Source of the DNA: the human T2T-CHM13v2.0 reference genome, Homo sapiens
DNA: 64,000 bases
Direction: 5' to 3' (one strand)
NCBI RefSeq assembly: GCF_009914755.1
Contig: NC_060933.1
In this document: piece after piece, positions 55,728 through 64,000 of the stretch
How the letters are laid out: every line of letters starts with the position of its first letter
Numbering within the stretch: the stretch's first letter is position 1
The notes under the pieces: model-generated
What the model was told of the DNA's origin: nothing
The model's input: only the letters and a program-made list of their open reading frames with translations
The model's database searches: none
Program-made: the position numbers and the translations under genes

Positions 55728-57266
55728 GCCTTGGTGCCCTGCAAATCTTCCTCCAGCAGCTAGTCAGGTAGGAGTCAGTCAGGAACTTTTCTGTTTGACT
55801 GCAACCTTCCTTGCTGGTTTATCCAAGTCACACACTCATGACTGTGAGAAGGGGACATAAATGCTTAGCAGCAATCGAAACATGCCATCTTCCACTGAGT
55901 CTTTGGCCAGGAGGCGGAATCATCACTTGGGCTTAAGGAAACATTCCCAGTTGAACTGGACACCACTTATTAATTATGCAGCCAAACTGAAGAGAAGGAA
56001 ACACTATACTAGCCTTTACAAAATGGGAGAAAAATCTCTCTCTCTTAGAATAATGCCCTTTTGACAAATGCTGACTTTTTAAAAACATAAATCCAATAAG
56101 CAACCACAAAAAAAAAAAGTGTGTATCTCTTGCCTAGCAGTTCCAATTTATAGAATCTGTATTAAGAAAAGCCCCCAAATAAGGGAAAAGCTTCACGTTC
56201 ACAGATATCCCCTGCAGCATTGTTTACAATTGTGAAATCTGGAAATGACTTAAATGTTCAGCGACAGAGGAACAGAAGGAAAACTGCAATTCAGCCACTC
56301 AATGGACTATTCTAAAGCCACTAAAAATGATGTTATGTAATAACATGTCGGAAAGCTTAGGACAGAACGTTAAGTGAGAAAAATACTAAATTATCTCTCT
56401 ACCGAATCATAAATATGACAAAAGACAAAAGAAAAACTAGATGCAGAGAGCAAAAGGCTGAAGACACACCAAAAAAGATGATGGTGGGCTTACTGGGATG
56501 ACTCCAGGGAGCACTGCCCCAGTTCAGGTAACCCACTAAGAGGGCATCATAAGCCCAAGGTCATGGGTCCACAGAGGAGCAAGAAATAGAAGAAATGCCT
56601 AAAAGGTTCTACATTAGAAATAGAACAAGGTTGGGGTGGTGGACAGGGCGAAGGGTGGAAAAAGAGGGGCAGCCAAGAGGGAGCAGAGGGAACTGCCTAG
56701 TGAAAAGAATAGGGATCTCAAGAGTTCCCGTTTAAATAATTTGGGTTGCTGCATTGTAAACACCACTTTCCTTCTGGTTCCTCAATCAAGTCTGCACAAA
56801 GTCCTCGTGGGAGTGGTCTCTGGGGATTCCTGGAAAGTCACTGAGTTACACACTGAATGGATACAATACAGAAGAAGTGGCACTAGGGACAGGGAAACAA
56901 TTCGTGGTGTGACCTAAATTTGGGAAAGGCAGAATGCAGAGCCAGAAATGACCAAGAAAAACCAAGTACTCAGAAACTCACAAAAACTGCAAAGAGATAC
57001 AGCCAGAAATCCAAAGAAACTAGGGCTAGATAACGCTGCTGGAGGACCCCAGCTGATACCTCAGTTACGCCAACAATGTGGACTTCACACTCTAGGTATG
57101 TCTTCTGTCTTCAAACTGGGCTCCTCTGAGTCCTGAGTGTCCTCAAGAAGACTCAGAGGCCACCATGGGACAAAGGCACCATACTTATCTCTTTTACACA
57201 CTGCATGGGGCCGCTGTGAAAATTTTCACCTGCTAACTCAGTCCATGGTCGGAGGCAGAGCAAAGG

Positions 57267-57618
57267 TGTTATGGACTGAATGCTTGTGTCTCCAAAATTC
57301 CTATGTTGAAGCTCTAAGTCCAATGTAATGGTATTAGGAAGTGGGGGCTTTGGGAGATGATAGGACCATGAGGGTAGAGCCCTCACAGTGAGATCAGTGC
57401 CCTCATAAAACAGACCCCAGCTCTCTCGCCTTCCTTCTTGCATGTGAGGATACAACCAGAAAATGGCAGTCTGCAACCTGGAAGAAGGCCCTCACCATGC
57501 TGGCTCTACCCTGATCTTGGACTTCCTAGCCTTTAGAACTGTAAGAAATAAATTTCTGCTGTTTATAAGTCACCCATTCTATGGCGTTCTGTTACAACAA
57601 TCCAAATAGACTAAGACA
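57267..57618 (+). mobile_element. MLT1A-like solo LTR
   Basis: TGTTATGGACTGAATG...GACTAAGACA; perfect 5-bp TSD AAAGG at 57262-57266 and 57619-57623. Confidence 0.88.
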
Positions 57619-58103
57619 AAAGGCCTGACCCAATGGGCCATGGGTCACACTAAAGGAAAACAAAGTAGATTCCTACAATCACAAATGTTGTATTTATATA
57701 AAAATATCAGAACAGGGGGCTAGATACTCTTGGGCAACTCAAAGCAGAAGAGTCTCTGAAATGACCCTGCCTTAGGATGAGTTTGAAATAAACAATAGGA
57801 AATTAACCAAATCTGCACTGACATACAAGTTCAATGACACACAGCCTGCAGGAAATGGCAAGTCACATATTAAGTCGTCATTTAAAAAATAAAAATGGCT
57901 TTTCCCCAATCGCCAACACTTTCAACAACCATAGCTTTCTCTAGTGATAAAGGATACTCTGAATGACCAGCATTGGCCCTAATGGGATCTCCTTTCATCA
58001 GAGAAATACTCAAATGTCACCACACTCTGCTTACTAAGGTTAAGATGGCAAATTATTGTTTTAATCAGGCCATGTTTAAAACACTTAATGAGGCTTAGCT
58101 TAC

Positions 58104-58276
58104 CTTGAGAAAAACTGTTCACCATAACTGAAGTCTTCTCTGTCTCATTATCTTGCTTCTGGTCTCGTGAGAAGAAGGACTTTTCAGATGTTTCATAATC
58201 AGAGAGCGCATGAGAGGCTGAAGGCTCAGGAGATTCAGGCAGAAGATGTTGGTAGGTTAAGTTGTCTTCCTCAATC
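58104..58276 (-). CDS. CDK5RAP2: CDK5RAP2 exon 27 (173 nt; IEEDNLTYQHLLPESPEPS...VNSFSQ)
   Basis: Open frame; atypical acceptor GGTTAAG|G, donor AAG|GTAAGC. Confidence 0.93.
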
Positions 58277-61008
58277 CTTAACCATTGAGATTGAAAGATA
58301 AATCATCTCCCATGCTAAAATCCCAAGCCAGGACTATGACTTACGAATACTTACGATTACTTTACTCTTAGTAACTCCCCAATGTTTGCAACTTCAGTCA
58401 GACCTTTTATTTCCCTACAGCATTAAGCAATGACATTCTAAAAGCAAGAAAGGCTCAGTGCGCTTGAGTTTGAAGCCAACAAGGGGAAGCAGGGGATTGT
58501 GCCTGTCCCACAGCATGGCTTACAGGGGAGGGACCCAAGAGGACTTGGGTCGACGGCAGCTGTTTACCAAATAACCTCTCTATACCAAGCATTTGAGATT
58601 TTAGTTGGGCCTCACAGAAACCCTTTGAGGTAGGGATTACTATCCTCATTTAGACTGGGGGAACTGGGGCTCATCATAAACTGGCCCACTGTCTCACGGC
58701 TTGGTCAGAGGCACAGTTTAGATTTCAACCAGGCCTGCCTGGCTCCAAGGCCCCAGGAGAATGTGAGAGCCCAGCCCAAAACCATGAGATGGCCTATGGA
58801 TTTAAAAATCTCAAAACTCTCATGGTTCCCAAGCAGGTTTCAATATCGTTATTCTAGCAATCATCTGGTTATTAACCTGTATTTCCCAAGGACCACCTAA
58901 GCCATGAGAAAAAAAAAAAATGCTGTGAAAAGCCCACATGAATCTCCATTAGAGATAAACTCCTTAATTGATGCTCTTTTTTTCTCCCACGTCTTCCTAT
59001 TACTTCTTGTCAACAGCCACAGTCTCATTATTCATGAGCTCAGACAACAGCAAAGACTCTAAGGCTGCAATGCATTCATTAACAGGTAAACACCTGATGC
59101 AACTTTGCCCAGACAGTGTGATGGATGCACAGGCTTGCTGCTGGCTTGCAGAAGTGCAGCATGGGCCAAGGGCACCCACTTAATTGACTTAGAAGTGGCC
59201 CAAGTTAAACTACAGTTGAGAGAGGCAGAACAGAAGGAAAAAAACAAATCTGTCAGAAATGAAAAGGAGTGGCACATTGGTTGAGGAGGCTAAAGAGGTT
59301 CCATCCCTCACTCCAACTCCTTCTGCAAGCAACCCCAGCAGTCTTCCTAAATGGCAAATGTGATCATGTCTAGTCCCAGCTTACCTTCCTTCGAAGACTC
59401 CCTACTTCCTATAGAATAGTGTTTGGACTTTTAACACATTTGAGGACCAGCCCAACAAGAACCAGCCTGCCTCTCCAGCTTTGACCCTCTATGTGCCAGC
59501 TACATGCTCAAAGGGACCGTGTCTCCTTTGCCTCAGGCTTGGACATTCTCCTGACAGCCCCCAGCCCCTTCAACTCTCACCCTTTAGATCTCAGCTAAGA
59601 ATGGCCCCACTCTGGGAAGCCTTCCTTGCCCTCTCTAAAGCATGCCAGTGGGATGTGATCTATTATTATAAGAATGGAAGTGGAGGATTGAATTGGGAGG
59701 GATCTTTGACAATGCTGCAATGGGAGAAGAGTATTTCTTTTAAATTTGCAAAAGCCCTGATTAAAACTCCTCCTGTGAGCTGTGATACCTCTCTGCCCAC
59801 TCGCTCTAACGATGCAAGTGCCCTTCGTGATGCCAATAAAATCTACAAGTCTGCACCCTAGACTGGTCTCTATTTTATTCCCAGAAGCCCAAAGGACCAC
59901 ATCTTTAAAGAAGAGGAAAGTACACAGCAACAATAATAGCATTCAGAATCTTTAACAACTAAATAAAGGAGGGCAAGACCTTGGCATTTTCAGTTGGCCA
60001 TAGACACAAGCTAAGAAATTATACAATTCATGTATTCCATGATTATTTTCTGATCTCCAACTACATGCCAGCAACTTGGAGCTGGAGCAGGTAGAGATAT
60101 TCAAGACATAGGCTTTGCCCTCAAAAGACAATGTGGAATAACAGGAAGAGGACATGCATTGGATGGAGTGTGACAGATTCAAGTTCAAATCCTAGCTCTG
60201 CCTTGTAATGGCAAATATGCAACTCTGACCCACAGCTTCCTCATCCTAAAATAGTTACTTCAAACTTTATATGGTGAGAACTAGTAAATGTGAAATGCCT
60301 ACAACAGCAGCTGACACACACCAATACCTAGTGAACACTAGCTAGCTCCTTTCCTCTTCCAAGGAACTCTGGGAATAGAAAGATAAATGTAGAAAGCATT
60401 ACAATACCATGTGGTAAATGCTGTAATGTAATTATGTCCAAGTGCTACAGCAAGAATCACTGACGCTGGGATGTGGTGGAGAGGGAGGGTATTGGGGAGA
60501 ACCAGGTTCATTTACATTTGAATGGACTCTGAAGAATGATTTTCGAACTTCAAGAGGAGGAAGGCAGAGTGCACAGCTATGGTGTGGAGAATAATACAAA
60601 GCCAAATAGGACTAAAACATGGGGTACATCAGGGGAAGGGAAGCGAGGAGAATGGGCAGGGGAGAAGAGAATTGGGGTCAGAATGAGAAAGGCCTCAAAT
60701 GCCAGGCTAAGGAGTCTGGAGTTTATCTTGCAGGTATCTGGGAGCCAACAAATGAATATGTCATCTGGTTCAAATCACCTGATAGAGATGACACAAGTAA
60801 CCTGAAATGAATGAATGAAAGCAACAGGACATATGGCATGAGCTCTTGGTTTTGTATGGCCATTGTCAGTTCCATAGATGTTTATACCTTATTTACAAGA
60901 AGCAGGAAACAAACAGAATGGGAAGGAGCCAAAATATTTTAAAAGCTGGCAGGTAAATCAGACCTAGAAAGTCCTGGGAAGTCTTCTTAACAAATGTTAC
61001 ACACTCAC

Positions 61009-61057
61009 CTCTCCATCAGTTCATTCTGGGTGTTCATTTCCACTCCAACTGATTTTC
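61009..61057 (-). CDS. CDK5RAP2: CDK5RAP2 exon 26 (49 nt; GKSVGVEMNTQNELMER)
   Basis: Acceptor TTCCAG|GA, donor AG|GTGAGT; phase matches exon 27. Confidence 0.92.
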
Positions 61058-62969
61058 CTGGAAGCAGAAATAACATCAAGAAAGGAGGAGAAAAAAATGT
61101 TTTTAAGTGTTCCCTAATAATTTCCTGCTCATACATTTGCAGAAGCACTATTCCACTTGTTTAAACACTCTGTAACAATCCTGGATATTTAAAGTAGGAT
61201 TACCAAGAGTACAATTCAGACTATAGACTTCTCCTTTATCACTGCATTGACACTAGTGCTAGGTGACAGCACTGAATCTAAAAAGCAATCACAAGGTATT
61301 GCTGGTGCAGGTGTCTTTTTCTTTCTCTCAAACTCTGATACTAACAGAATATATGCTCATTACAGAAAATGGGTAACGGAATCAAAAAAAGATCAATATC
61401 CTGGCACTCCCACAGCCAAGTTACTGGATTTCTTTCCATTCTTTTTTTCATGCATTTTGGCATGGAAGATACCATATTACAACATAATTTTTTCACTTAG
61501 TATATTATTATTATAGCCATTTCTCTTACTAAATTTGCTTCCGAAACATCATTTTTAATGTCTGCGCTAATATTCCACTGTAGGCATGCATTACCACAAT
61601 TTTGCCAGTTCTCTATTTGACACTTAGGTCATTTGCAAATTTTCACTTTTATAAACAAATAAAATAAGCATCTTTGTGCATACAGCTTTATCTGCATTTT
61701 AATTATTTCTTTAGGAAGGGTCTCAGAAGCAGGATTAAAACTAGGAAAAGGAGTACATGAGCACAGCTGAAAAACCCACTGTCTACAGCAGGGGAAATGA
61801 TTTAAAAAAATGACAAAAGAAAACAAAATAAAGCTCAGAATGTAGCTGGGCAAAAGACGCTCTGCTCTCTTCCTGCATGTTATCATTTGCTGTTTGAAAG
61901 GAAGCACATGAGCCTAGATTTCAAAGAGACTAACAACTTTATTTTAAAAATACTTCAGAACCCTGGAAATTGCAGGCTGGGATGAGCTCTTTGAAGACAC
62001 TGATGCGTGGCTAAAGAAAAAAACAAACTCTTCTACAGTTGTACTTGAAAAATGAGACTATAATTAAACTGCACCCACACATGCAATTTTCAAAACTATT
62101 CCTAAAAGGAAAAGTTCTCAAACACCACAGTATAGAGGAAAAGATCACTGAATCCTTGCACATTTGCTTTAAGTCTAGAAGTTCCCACCTACAAACTCAC
62201 ACGGCTGGCTGGTATGGCCATCCAGGTTCCCTATCGCCCACCAGGCCAGCCACCTGGGCACCAAGAGTCAGTGCAACATGCTAAGTGGTAGAAAGTCACC
62301 TACTATGGCAGGGCACTGTCACCATCAGAAATGAGTCACACAGGCCTGAGTGACCAGGCACCAGGGCCTGAGTATGGCTCTTTAATATCTACTATCTCCT
62401 TCAGGCCTCACAATGATCCTATGAGCACGGTGTTAGTACCTCTGTTTTAAAGCAAAGAAGTGGAAATCCAGGAGGTTTAATGTTTCAACTCTCCCTTTGT
62501 CTGATCACACTCTCCCTTACTTTACTACATTTTATAGTTAAGCAAGACAGATGGAGATATCCTTATAGCTACTTCAATCACAAACCTATGCCTCTTGGTT
62601 ACATCCTGGCCAAAAATGGCATGGTATTTTGGCTTCTTGAAAGGTAGATAGAGGTTGACAGGCCTTCATCAGTGGATGCTCTCAAGACTCCACATTTCTG
62701 TCCTCTACAATCCTCTTCAAGGGGGAAATCCAAACCTGACTGAGTCAGAGTTCCAGACCTTTACTGGAAGAACCAGCTTGTAAGACCATCCCTAATGGGC
62801 AGGGACAACTGTGTGTTAAAAGAACAGCTTAGTCAACATTTTTCATCTCATACCTGCACTGGGCTGCTTACCAACATTCAGCAGATAAGACTAACCCTGC
62901 AGACCCTGAGAATGGACCATCAGTGCCAGCCCAGCCTTCCAAAAAGCTTAGGACTTATTCAGGTACTAG

Positions 62970-63312
<343 letters not shown>

Positions 63313-64000
63313 ACATTCACATTGTTCTTTAGTTGTATATCTTCCTCAGGAACTTCACAGGGTGGGGACCCTTGGTTTGGGGCAGGCTTTAAGCATTCCG
63401 GGTCTCCAGATCTTAGACCCATCAAAAACCTCTCCTCCATTCCTAACCAAACTCATGACCACACCAGGATGTGCCCTGATGCCACCAGCAGCATGAGTTT
63501 CCCCATCAAATAACAGACCCTCGAGGAGCTTGCAACAACTCAACAACAACTGTATTCCACCCGTTCCCCTATTATTATAACAGAATTCTTTAAAACCAAG
63601 TGACAAATAGTTACTGTAGGATTCACAGGGAGATCACAACAACTAATGCATTGAATTTCTGGGTGGAAACTGCCCTCACACAGGTAACAGGGTACCATCT
63701 GTCTGGCTATTCAAAAGCTTAGGATGCATGTCATGAAAATGCTGCTCCCATCTCTCAGGCAAATCTTGTTGCTACACCTAAGAGATGTGTAGTGTGAGAC
63801 AATAGGAGGACTTCATCTTTTCAAATAAAAAACATCTAGTTATCCCATCCATAACTGAACAAGCAAGAGAAGACTATTATGCCAGACAAACTTACAACTG
63901 GTTGACCCAACTTCACTTTCCTCTCTGCACTGATCCATTCTGTACAGTGCTTAAGAAGCCACTTTTGAAACAGTACTTCCGAGCTCAAAATCCATCAGTC

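Overview
Primate genomic DNA, almost certainly human given an AluYb8-type element. The right part (27,189-64,000) holds the last 13 exons of CDK5RAP2 (CEP215/MCPH3) on the minus strand. All have GT-AG boundaries and splice into one uninterrupted 1,727-nt frame ending ...LRPGGAHPGTCSPSRPGS*. Exon numbers 26-38 and residue numbers assume the recalled 38-exon, 1893-aa reference; the gene continues past 64,000. The left ~27 kb is intergenic, dominated by Alu, L1, L2, MIR, MaLR/ERVL LTRs and MER5A, with a few repeat-free, motif-dense blocks that may be enhancers. I see no new gene system, RNA gene or CRISPR array. The best leads are: a candidate poison exon/competing acceptor next to the weak exon-27 acceptor; a chimeric AluYb8/AluJ element; two coding alleles that differ from the recalled reference (L1540, V1718); a poly(A) signal 15 nt after the stop; two VNTRs; a nested palindrome; and a solo LTR pointing antisense into the gene's 3' end. 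Repeat subfamily names come from recalled consensus sequences and need RepeatMasker/Dfam confirmation.
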